NCBI RefSeq assembly: GCF_963921235.1
Contig: NC_086109.1
Location: forward strand, 37,202,001 to 37,266,000
Source: Mobula hypostoma
Taxonomy: Eukaryota
Length of the DNA: 64,000 nucleotides
Direction of reading: 5' to 3'
Shown here in pieces: positions 36,143 through 46,945 of this stretch. Both the position numbers and the translations under genes were made by a program. Position 1 is the stretch's first letter; each line of letters starts with the position of its first letter. The notes below the pieces were generated by a model. The model saw only the letters and a list, made by a program, of their open reading frames with translations, was not told the origin of the DNA and did not search any database.

Positions 36143-36845
36143 CAGTGCCTATAAATGGTATTCACACCCCCTTGGAAGTTATCGTGTTTTATTGTTTTCC
36201 AACATTGAACCACAGTGTATTTAATTTGCCTTTTTTTTAAACTAATCAATGAAAAAAAACATTGTGTCAAAGTGATATCAGATCTCTACAAAGTAATCTA
36301 AATTAATTGTAAATATAAAACACAAAATAATTGATTGCATAAGTACTCACCCCGCTTTAATATGACATACCAAATCATCCCTGGAGCAGCTAATTGATTT
36401 TAGAAGTCACAATTAGTTAAATAGAGATCTGCTTTTGGCGACCTGTTTGCAGTTAAAGTGTCTCAACTGGTTGTAGTAAAACTACACTGTATATGGAAGG
36501 TCCAACAGCTGGTGAGTCAGTATCCTGGCAAAAACTACACCATGAAAACAAAAGAACACTCCAAGCAACTCCACAAAAAGGTTATTGAAAAGAACAAGTC
36601 AGAGAGATACAAGAAAATTTCCAAGTCACTGAATATCCCTTGGAGTACAGTTAAGTTAATCATCAAGAAATGGAAAGAATATGGCACAGCCGTAAATCTG
36701 GCTAGAGCAGGCCATCCTCAAAAACTGAGTGACCGTGCAAGGAGGGAATGAGTGAGGGAGGCCACCAAGAACCTATCACAACTCTGGAGGAGTTACAAGC
36801 TTCAGTGACTGAGATGGGAGAGACTGCGCATAAAACAACTGACTC
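36143..36845 (+). mobile_element. Tc1-family DNA transposon, 5' half
   Basis: TA + CAGTGCCTATAAA..TATTCAC terminus; MKTKEHSKQLHKKVIEK..YKKISKSLNIPWSTVKLIIKKWKEYG..GHPQKLS paired-HTH; truncated. Confidence 0.88.
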
Positions 36846-37636
36846 TGTATTACCTTCTGGACCCCTTTACAGATGAAGAACCTCCTGATCTTCTCCTTGG
36901 TCTCTTCCAACCAGTGAACAGGAGAATCAAACATGGGTTTCAAGTTCCTCCAACTTGCGTATTCCCTCTCCAGTTCCTTTGGGGTTGGTAGCTTAACGTT
37001 TAGCTTCAACATAACCTGCCCGCTTTCTGGTCCTTTCGTGGGTGACCAGAGGGAGTGACAGAAAAGAAAACTGGCATGATATCAGTACATCTGGCTGTGG
37101 GCTGAGCTGTCTGATCGTAACCAGGTGGTTATGGCTATGCTCTGTCTGGAAGGATGCTGAAGGGATTGCACAGCTGGGCTATTTTAATTGTTTCCATCGG
37201 GAATCTGGAGGTGTTGTCCAGCCTGCTGTCAGCTCTACCGGTTCATCCAGCCACATCAATGGCGCAGTTGAAGTAAGCAGACAGAATGACCGACTGAGAT
37301 GGACTGACAGCAGCAGTGGGAGCTGCTCAAAGATGCCAGTCACTTGCTCCACACGGACAGGGGTACACATTAATTAGCCGGAACGGAGTGTTTCAGTACA
37401 TTGTGTCTGCCATGAGGAGGCGCCCACACACCCAACCATGTCTATGACTTGGGTGATTGAGAAGTTGCCTCACTGTAGCAGAAATCCCAGGCAAGAAGCA
37501 CAACAAACATTGCCCCTCCAAACTACACAAAGAAACTATGGGGCCACCATTTTGACCAGCTCTGGTAGTTGTGGAGGTAAGGTAGCCTGCATTCCTGTAA
37601 GGAAATAACATCAGCTTTGACCTTGGCCGGGTATTG

Positions 37637-38164
37637 TGTTAGAGTGGTTTTCTTTTTGGGTAGATGATTTGTTAACACTAATGAGTTTGGCCACCAGACT
37701 TCTATTTGAACTATTTGACAAAGGACTGTGGATTGAGTCCACCACAATGGGCTTCCTAAAAGGTGTAAGTACCAGATGCTTCTGGTGCCTGATGCTGTAG
37801 TTTCGAAGACAGTCTTATCTATACATTATAAATATTAATTGTCTTCTATGTTAGCACATAAAATGCCAAATAAATGTATTGTGGATTGAACTAAAGGCTG
37901 TGGATACCAACACAGACATGTTGGCGTCAGAAGGAAAGGGTTAAATCCGAAGTGTGATGTTTGTATGTAACTTCGAAAGGAAGCATTGTCTATGCATTGT
38001 CTGTAACTTTTTAAGTTGCAATTGCCTTTGTGTTTAGCATATAAATATCGAGCCCACATTTAGCTAGCAGACCTGTCTGAGGAAAGCGTCTCGAGATGCC
38101 TACTGTACCTTGTTGTGTCGAATAAAGAAGCTGCTTTGTATCTACCAGCATCCACGCTACAACA
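37637..38164 (+). repeat. 5' LTR
   Basis: TG...CA, TATA-like catataaata, AATAAA near 3' end; high identity to 41895-42437. Confidence 0.95.
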
Positions 38165-38166
38165 TT

Positions 38167-38184
38167 TGGTGTCAGGAGTGGGAT
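38167..38184 (+). other. Primer binding site, tRNA-Leu
   Basis: TGGTGTCAGGAGTGGGAT, complement of the vertebrate tRNA-Leu 3' end ATCCCACTCCTGACACCA, 2 nt after the LTR. Confidence 0.9.
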
Positions 38185-38502
38185 ACCTTCGTGACCTGTC
38201 GTGTGGCCAGCGTTCCTAGCAGTCTAAGTTGGCGAGTATTTTTCTGAAATAACACTCACACTTGGATCTGTTCGGTCGGTGGTGCACGGGACACAAGGTA
38301 TCACGAACGTGGAGAGCTGAACTGGTAGATATTAAAGTAGTGTGTGCATGTGCATGTGTGTTTATGTAAGTGAGGAATCTTTGCATGTTAACTTGGTGAG
38401 ACTTGGACCACCAGTCGCGAAAGGTGGTAACCAACGGTACAGTTCGAGACGTCAGCGTGGGAGCGTGTATACTCACTCGGGGAGCTGCATTTTAGTGTAT
38501 GC

Positions 38503-40134
38503 ATGTGCAAGTGTGATGCAAAGGAATACAGCAGGCATCATGAGTTCGGGAACTCAAAAGTGGCAGATGTGGAATACATACTCTGTAGTTTTAAATATGT
38601 ACTGTTTAACTGCTACCCGTCTATGATATTTTGTGTAGTTTGGGAATTAGTGTGGGGATATCTCAGGGAGAGGTTTCACCCAGATATATCTACCAGAATG
38701 GCACGTATTGAGGTCAGGCAGCGTCAGTTTGAGAACACTGACGATCCGAGCCAGCCCTTGACCTTGATTACGACTGCTCATAAGCCCTTCACCCCCAGGG
38801 AGAAACAGAGCATTTTCTCTGAGTTGCCCTCACTTAAAGTCACCTGTGGGAATTCAGAATTCTGGCGTAAGCTCGAGGAAATGGTTGAAATTCACCAGAT
38901 GCACCCTAAAGATATACACGTGTTAGTGAAAGCCAAGTGCCCGAGGAATATGTGGGACAGTATGGCCCAGGGGGTGCAGGATGTTACATGGGCAACGACC
39001 AGGAGCGCCAGTAATGAAGAAAGATATCGCTCTTTTAAAGGGGAAGTGAGGCAGCTCCTTGGGGGAGGCGAGAGCAGCTGGGGATTGATAATGGCAGTGA
39101 TTCAAAAAGCTGACGAGACAGCCATGGATTACACAGAACGTAAATACTGAGCGTACGAGGAGTATTCTGGGTTGGATAACCCAAGGAGGGATGACCCGGT
39201 CTTCCTAAAAATGCTGAAGGAAGGCCTGAGCTCAGCCCACCAGGAAGTTTTAGATTTAGGCATAACAGTAGGGGCCAACTACTCTGAGATAGTTTCATGG
39301 GCCAGTGAGATAGACCAAAGAAAAGGCAAGATAAATCGTAGAGTGGGTATAGTGGATGCAGCTGCTGTGATGTCCCGGAGGGCTTGTTTTGCTTGCCAGC
39401 AGCCAGGGCACTTTGCAAAGGACTGCCAGACCAGGTATAAGGCAGTGAAGGAGTTGATATGTTACAGCTGTGGCCTATCGGGACATGGCTGGAGACGGTG
39501 TCCAAAAGGGAGGGGGAAAACCCAGGCGAAGGCCACAGCAGACACCCAGTCACTCACCCCATCAGCAACCAGTCTGACTGTGGATCAGATCAAAGAGTTA
39601 GTGACAGCGCCTCTTAGGGCAGAGAAGGATGTGGCAGCAGGCTCCACAGCCAGCTCTGATGACTCACGGATGTACACAACGGCATTGTTAGGGGGACGGC
39701 AATGCAATATGTTAGTGGACACAGGGGCATCGGTATCGATAACAGACTTGCCCTTACCAACAACTGGACAGGACAGTTATATCAGGGGTGTAGGAGGAAA
39801 AACAGTAAATGCAGAAAGAAGCGAGAAGCAAATACTAGAAATCGGGGGAGTGCAGCTTCCAGTGTATTTTTGGGTATGTCCAAATAATGAAGGCACGATC
39901 ATTGGAATAGACATCCTAAGGGAAGCAGGAGTTGTCATAGATTCGGGAAAGGGAGAAATAATATGGAGGAGTCAGGGGCAGCGAACGCGCACAACCAACG
40001 GAATACACGGCCTGGCTAGCATAGGCGCAGCTGCCCCGATCATTAAATACTGGAGCCAGGTGGGGTCTATGGGTTACCTTGTCAGCAGTTCCCAGCTGTG
40101 TGGGCTAGAGACAAGCAAGATTGTGAGCAGGTAG
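38503..40134 (+). pseudogene. gag-pro: gag-protease frame with one internal TGA (39148-39150)
   Basis: ORFs 38503-39150 and 39172-40134 share a frame; CFACQQPGHFAKDC and CYSCGLSGHGWRRC knuckles; LVDTGAS and IIGIDIL protease motifs; true start uncertain. Confidence 0.85.
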
Positions 40135-40535
40135 AGATAGACCCATTTAAAATAGAGGAGGGTCTGTATAAACCCCCTAAGCAGGACCCTATACAAACTG
40201 ACACACTGACCGCTGTTCAGGGTATAGCGAAGAAACAAAAACACCACGGGATACTCAGAGAGACTGCGGCCACTCCAAAACATAAAGTTTTCCCAGTTCC
40301 TCCGACAGCAGACATTACTGCAAATAAGGCAGCAGGCGAACAAGAGGCAATAGAATTTGGAATTGTGCAGGAGGAAACAAGAGCAGCCAGCTTAGTAAAA
40401 TTATATGAAGAGGTGGAGGCAGAAGAGAAGAAAAATGGAGGAGAAAAGGAGCAAAGAAGGGACCAGGTGGGTGCTGGACACATGGGGAGGAAAGAATCAC
40501 GGTGGCCCCACCCTATATTAGACAGAAACTACTAA
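40098..40535 (+). pseudogene. pol: RT N-terminal stub fused to an RNase H C-terminal-like tail
   Basis: WARDKQDC..PPKQDPI..GILRE..VFPV resembles the start of a retroviral RT; followed directly by ADITANKAA (ADxxAKxAA-like); no YxDD. Confidence 0.6.
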
Positions 40536-41158
40536 ATTTATATCATGGGGGGCTGCATCAGGGAAGGCAGAGCATGATCACAACCCTCCGGCAGGACTGG
40601 TCGTGGCCAGGGATGGGCAGGGATGTTGAGAAATTCTGCCGCCGTTGTATCATTTGTGTCCAGCATAGCCCTGGTAAGGGCAGAAAGCTACAGCTGGCAA
40701 ATCAGCCTTGGCCGAGGGGACCCTGGGAAAACATCCAGATCGGCTTCACAGGGCCCCTGCCAAAAAGCAGGGGGAAAAGTTACTGTCAACTTAAAGCATT
40801 AAAGGACCGAGCGAAACAACAGCAGCGAATTGCTGATCAGAAAGAGCCAGAGGGAAAGGGGATAGTTCTTCCACAGCCTGGCGAGCTAGTTATGGTGAGG
40901 GTGCTGCCAGAAAGGCCAGGGTTTGCCCCCAGGTGGACAGGACCACAGCCGGTCCTCTTAACCAATGATACGTGTGTCTGTGTACAGACTCGGCGAGGCA
41001 GCCAGTGGAAACACTGGACTCAGGTTAAAGCATACAACTCACCCTCTTGTTGCTCCCACAGACGGAGTGGGGAACCAAGTGTACCCAGTAACCATGTAAT
41101 TACAGAGAACCTAAGAGAGGAACACCAGCCAGCCATTTGCAGACCTGACCACAGCTGA
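40502..41158 (+). pseudogene. pol: Integrase lacking the DDE core (HHCC zinc domain joined to GPY/F C-terminal domain)
   Basis: YHGGLH..WSWPGMGRDVEKFCRRCIIC..GPWENIQIGFTGPLP..GKSYC joined to QLKALK..PGELVMVR..PRWTGPQPVLLT..WKHWTQVK. Confidence 0.8.
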
Positions 41159-41894
41159 CGAAAACATAACCGGAGAAAACGCAAAGGCAGAAAACGCTGA
41201 GAGCATGGTAGAAGACACTGAAGAACGTGTTGGAAAAACCATGAATAGCCCACTAAAGTGTGATGACGATGGTACTCTGTAAAGAAGGCTGGTTGCTGAA
41301 GGTAGGTGATTAATTTTATAGCATAGTATAGAAAATTATTTGGGAAATAGATGGGGAGATTTTTGAGTTAAAGCAGAGATGGCAAGTTCCACCACTTCGA
41401 TGGCATTTCAGACTGCACACGGCATCTGAAAGCAGTCACCCCGAGTCTGAATAGCTGAGCCCTTTTCAGCAGTTGGGCCAGTGATCGACCGGACAGTTCG
41501 GAAGGGGATGCCACCGGGGAGAGGTCCTTGCAGACGTTTACGTAGATGCCACCCCAACCCCTTCCTGTACATCGATGAGAGAGCCCGTGGGTGCTCCTGG
41601 AAGGAGAGTTTCAGCGACCAGAGGGTAAAGAGCTGAAGTCAAAGGAATGTGATTTAAGATGCAGTCAGCCTGCAGGGAAAGAGCAGGCACACCAAAGGAG
41701 CCACTTTCCTAAAGACTTGGAACAGCCTTTCTGCTTAACATTTGGTAGGTAATGCTAGGATAGATATCAAGGTACATAAAATTGGGGGAGAATTTCGAGA
41801 CAGGGCATTTTTGCTGCCCTATTTGAGCAGATCCTTCTAGGTTGGCCTTTCCTGATACAAATTTAATTTGTCCAGGAGGGCCAAGAGGAGGGAC

Positions 41895-42437
41895 TGTTAG
41901 AGTGGATTTCTTTTTGGGTAGATGATTTGTTAACACTTAAATGACTTTGGACACCAGACTTCTATTTTAACTGTTTGACAAAGGACTGTGGATTGAGTCC
42001 ACCACAATGGGCTTCCTAAAAGGTGCAAATACCAGATGCTTCTGGTGCCTGATGCTGTAGTTTCGAAGACAGTCTTATCTATACATTATAAATATTAATC
42101 GTCTTCTATGTTAGCACGTAAAATGCCAAATAAATGTATTGTGGATTGAACTGAAGGCTGTGGATACCAACACAGACATGTTGGCGTCAGAAGGAAAGGG
42201 TGAAATCCGAAGGTGTGATGTTTGTATGTAACTTCAAAAGGAAGCATTGTCTGTAACTTTTAAGTAGCGATTGCCTTTGTGTTTAGCATATAAATATCGA
42301 GCCCACATTTTAGCTAGCAGACCTTTCTGCAGAAAGCGTCTCGAGATGCCTGCTGTACTTTGTTGTGTCGAATAAAGAAGCTGCTTTGTATCTACCAGTA
42401 ACTCTGTCTCTCCGGTAATTTCATCCACGCTACAACA
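41895..42437 (+). repeat. 3' LTR
   Basis: Follows PPT at 41883-41894; ends ctacaaca. Confidence 0.95.
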
Positions 42438-43301
42438 ACTGTAAGGCATTCTCTTTATACGGTGCGCGTTCATGATTAATTCCTCAGGTACAGTTCTTAT
42501 CCTGGTCACCCACCCACGGCCTTGGTGAACCTCTGCACTTTTTTGTGGGCTCAAGTACTGACAATAATCCTCCCCTAGGGGTGTGGTGTGGTGATGCTGG
42601 AGATGCTTCTGTGCTGCTCCCGGTCTCCTAGTGCCTGGGGCTAGAGACCTCTGTACAAATCCCAGTTTCCAGGACCTGGGGGACAGAGACCTCTGTACAA
42701 CTCCTGGTTTCCCGGAGCTGGTACTGCCTTGCTGCTCCGAGTCTCCTGGAGCTGTGGGTTGGTAGCCTCTCTGCTGACCCCAGTATCCCAGAGTTTGTGG
42801 GGGGGGGGTGGTCAGCAGAACCTGCATTTCCATTTTCCCTTTCTGCCTTTTCCTCTCCTATCTGAGTATCCATCTTCTGGGGTCATTGGTTTCCCACACT
42901 CATTTCCTCATCTGACAAGGAGAGGTTGCCAGCGTCTGTTTGCTGCCCTGCACTTTTCCTCCCCTTCCTTTTATTTCCATCAGCCTGTTATCTCTCAGAC
43001 GGTGTAATCTGAAACTTCTTTCTCTTCACCAGCCATTCTTCTTGTCCCTCTACCCTTCCCTCCTCCATGGGCTCCTCTTCCTGTGAAGGGGCTTGGGGTT
43101 TTCAGACAGTGGGGAGCATGTTGGAACTCGAGGAGTTTGGCCTTCTCTCAGTCACAGTCTGTATTTTAGTGCTGGCCATAGCCTCTGCGCTGGTGGTGGG
43201 CACATTGACATTTGCCTGGGCATTATCGGTGCCAGCTCCCCCTCTTGTTGCCTGTGCGTAGGAGCCAGCAAATGTTGGGCAGGCTTTGTAGAAGTGACCT
43301 A

Positions 43302-44352
43302 CAATGTTCCCTCTAATTTTTAGTAGTCAGTGTGCGCAAAAATCTTGCGTTGCACAATTTTTTTTCTGTGACACAGGTATGTGCGCACTGAATGCACACG
43401 TAGCACAGTTTATGTAGGTTTACAAAATATTTGACATAAACCTGCACAGAATAACAACAAAATAACGTACATATTTAAGTCGCCAGCTGTCTGGGAGTTG
43501 AACATACTTTTCCATATGTTAATTAGTGTGTTGAACTGAATGTAAAGAGTTATTCATTTTAACAGCTAACAACACACTGTCGATAAGAACTTTGATCTCC
43601 TCTGGGTTTGATCGTTTTCGCTCTTGCTCATCTGCACTCAACCGTAACATGCGTAGCACTCCTGTAACAGGTAATGACGGGTTCTGTCGCCTGAGCTTTT
43701 GTACACCATCCAAATGTGATTTACTTGCCAAATGACACTTCAAAAAGTCAAGCTTCCAAATGTCATCCTACTTCTTTCCACTAGCAAACTCTCCAGCAAC
43801 TTTCGCATCACGACAATACAAACAGATAACTCCAGTTTCCGAATCATACAGAAATATTTCTTGCAGCTGAGCGTTCATGACCTCATGAACTTTCAGTGTA
43901 GCAGTTTCTACTATTTTGTTAAGCCATTCAATTTTAAACAAATTTGCAATTCTTTTGTGCTTCACGCCTTTCGCTTCTTTTGAATTCAGCATAGTGAATC
44001 AATATTTTTTTCAATAAAAGCTTAGTAATCTATCTACAGGATTTGAAACAGATCTTTGTAAACTTTACGATAAAAACACTGTCCAAGGATGGCTCCCGCC
44101 GTGATGTAGCTGTACAAACCAGAACAGGAAAGGTGAGGTGACGTAAATTAATGGTGTGCATTGTGGTATTTGAAAAACTGACTAACTAGTTAACAGAAAC
44201 CTTTAGCTAAAAGAATATTTTCAATAAGTATAACTATTCATTACTACATTATTTTAGGTAACTAACCTTTTGTGCGCACATTAATTTCTTTTGTGCGCTG
44301 GTTGAAAAATGTGTGCACGCACACACACGAACACAGCTTAGAGGGAACATAG
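43302..44352 (-). mobile_element. hAT-superfamily DNA transposon, internally deleted
   Basis: TIRs CAATGTTCCCTCTAA / TTAGAGGGAACATAG; 8-bp TSD GTGACCTA/GTGATCTA; minus frame 43519-43992 (one stop) with CLYC..HLASKSH zinc-finger-like N-terminus. Confidence 0.88.
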
Positions 44353-45644
44353 GTGATCTACCTGTCCAAAGTTTGTAGCATTTGCTCTCCTGGCAGTCCT
44401 TTGTCTGATGGCCTTCCTGCTTGCAGTTTTTGCAGATCACTTCACTGCACTGGGCTGTGACATGTCCTGACTTGTTACGGTTACAGAATAGCCTGGGTTG
44501 ATCAGTATACACCATGTAACCACGGTTCACTCCAATGGCGAAGACTTATGGAGAGTGGATAATGGAGCTATTTGAATCCGCTCTCAGTCTGACCTTGACC
44601 TGGTGCTTGTTTGTCCAGATCCTGAACATATCCTTAATGTCCATACAGTTTCCTGCACCCTCGATGTAACAGGCAAGGAAGGTGAATATGTCCACAATGG
44701 GCATGTTGTAGACGAACAGGTGCACTGTGATCACATGTTCCTTCTGAGTAGGGAGGGAGAAAAATAGGGATACCTTTAGCAGCAACAGTAGTGCTTCATT
44801 CCCCCCTTTGGAAATCCTTTGGGAATTTCTACCATCCTGCTGTTTACTTAAAGGTTACATTGTAAAAGCCATCGAAGAATTGGATGCGATAGATGTCATT
44901 CACGTCGAGCAGTACCATCTGAATGAAGTGGTGTCTGTAGGACCATAAGACCATGTGACAGAGGAGCCGCAATTAGGCCATTTGGCCCATCAAGAATCTC
45001 TGCCGTTCTATCATGGCTGACTTATTATTCCTCTCATCCACATTGCTGCCTTCTCCTGGTAACTTTGACACCCTGATTAAACAAGAACATATCAACCCCT
45101 GCCTTAAATAAGTATTTTAAAGGCAGGATGACCCAACTGTGGTTGACAAGAGAAGTCAAAACCAATATAAAAGTCAAAGAAAGAGCAAAAATTAGTAGGA
45201 AATTAGAGGATTGGGGAGCTTTTAAAAACCAAAACAAGGCAACTAAAAAAGTCATAAAGAAGCAAAAGGTGGAATTTGAAGGTAAGCTAACCAATAATAT
45301 TGAAGAGGATACGAAATGTTTCTTCAGATAGATAAAGAGTAAAAAAAGAGGTAAATCAGAACACTGGAGAGGTAGTAATGGAGAACAAGAAAATAGTGGA
45401 CAAACTGAGTAAGTACTTTGCATCAGTTGTCACTGTCGAAGACACTAGCAGTGTGCCGCAAATTCAAGTCTGTCACAGGCTAAAGTGCGTGAAGTTGCCA
45501 ATGCTCAGGAGAAGGTGCCTGCTGGGAAACTGAAAGGACTTAAAGTAGATAAGACACTTCGACAATTTGGTCTACACCTCAAGGTTTTGAAAATGGTTGC
45601 TGAAGAGATTGTGGAGGTATTAAACTGGTACTTCAAGAATCAGT

Positions 45645-46945
45645 GGGGCCAAGGTACACAAACAGCAAATTCAAGATAGCCAGCAAACATACAGTTGCAC
45701 AAAAAAACACATCTATATATAGCTCAATCCCTCAGTAACATGTCCTGCACATTGATGGTGCAGTTCCCTGCAGTCTGCAGACAAACATAGAGGAGTCTAT
45801 AACCGTCCACCTTATCCACATCCCACATGATTTATAAACTACTGTGAGGCCACTGCACATTACCATGCACTCCAGGTCATAAACATCCTCTCTGGCACTC
45901 AGCTGTCACCGTGGTTCAGACATGGTCTAAGTGCGGAGTGAGAGACACTGAAGTGGGTCGATATTTCACAGACTTTAATGTGAATAATGTTAAAGGGAAA
46001 AAGAAAACAAAAAACGCTAGGCCAAACAGGGCCACTGGCTAAAACACTCAAAAGGAAAATGAATCCTACACTGCACTGCGGCTCTAAAGAACATCTGAGA
46101 ATAAAACGAATACCGCTAGTCTTCAGAGTCAGTTGACTCAACAGTCCAACTTCTCAGGTCAGATGGAATGTAGATTTCGAAGAGTAGCTATGTCCAAGTC
46201 TCGACAAATACTACGACGAAATGAATGAAGTTAAATAATATCATAATGAAATAATTAGCTGACACGAGCACAATTGCTGAACCTGATGTATTGCTGACTC
46301 CGTGATTGTGATAGGGCCCTCCTCTGTAGGTGCAGCCCCTGAGGCGTCACATACCTGTGCCAACTGGAAGTCCCGAATGAGGGACTTGTCCAAGATGTCC
46401 TTCAGTGATGCTGGTAGGTAAGTGTCATGGTGCGCACTGCTAATATCGGAGCCAAAGCAGTAGGGTCATGAACAGGGGAATATGGAATGAAGGGTCCCGG
46501 CATGAAATATCAAGTTTATTCCTCTTCATAGATGCTACCGGACCTGCTGAATGCCGACAGCATTTTGTTTGTTCTCTTGTAGAATGAAAACATTTGGTAA
46601 GTAAACTAGGAGTAATGAAGGAAAATATATTTTTACACTTCAATTATTTGAGGTCTGGCAGTAATTGTTTGTTGGAATAATGGAGGCAGATTCATAAGTT
46701 GTATTCACCCAAGTGTGACAGCATACCCCAGAGTGCCCAGGAATGCGACAATCACAGATGGGACACTATTTACCGGCAGTACCCTTGGAAGAGACAAGGT
46801 CTGCAAATGCAACAGTCAGTTTTTGTTTTGAAGCACAATTTTAACATTGAATCTCCCTGTACCCAGACAAGGGGCAGAGAAAGTGAACAGACCCTCCTCT
46901 TCTATTCTCAAGGTCACGAACCCAGGGTCACCATGAAAACCAGTT
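45645..46945. repeat. Third, partial copy of the duplicated unit including the core (46580-46945)
   Basis: 45650-45790 matches 14495-14640; 46470-46945 matches 3160-3611 and 16377-16855. Confidence 0.85.
45904..46460 (-). mobile_element. Chromovirus-type Gypsy 3' LTR (45904-46313) with adjoining integrase/chromodomain tail
   Basis: TGTCAC...GTGATA termini; minus KDILDKSLIRDF then purine-rich agaggagggccc abutting the LTR. Confidence 0.55.

Larger units (their letters stand above)
37637..42437 (+). mobile_element. Retrovirus-like LTR element, non-autonomous deletion derivative (gag-pro-mini-pol, no env seen)
   Basis: LTRs 37637-38164 and 41895-42437 (TGTT...AACA), 4-bp TSD ATTG/ACTG, tRNA-Leu PBS, PPT aagaggagggac, gag zinc knuckles, protease, RT and IN remnants. 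Confidence 0.92.
36850..44935 (-). mobile_element. Tx1-like (L1 clade) LINE: ORF1 and ORF2 endonuclease, interrupted by a hAT element and a retrovirus-like element
   Basis: ORF1 zinc knuckles CNRNKSGHVTAQC..CKNCKQEGHQTKDC (44360-44530); ORF2 start MNAHRIK|..YPAKVKADVISLQEC across the LTR insertion; HWLEETKEKIRRFF. Confidence 0.8.

Noticed and set aside
39148..39150. Programmed stop-codon readthrough in gag
   Set aside because: The TGA lies within the capsid-like region, upstream of the zinc knuckles, not at a gag-pro boundary; a point mutation is more likely.
42234..42833. 199 aa minus-strand ORF
   Set aside because: Chimeric read-through from Tx1 ORF1/ORF2 sequence into the antisense of the 3' LTR.
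45607..45679. WGQGT immunoglobulin J-like motif (NWYFKNQWGQGTQT) with upstream gattgtg
   Set aside because: Chance junction between CR1 sequence (gaagagattgtggagg) and a repeat that also occurs at 2340 and 14495; no proper RSS spacing and no splice donor.
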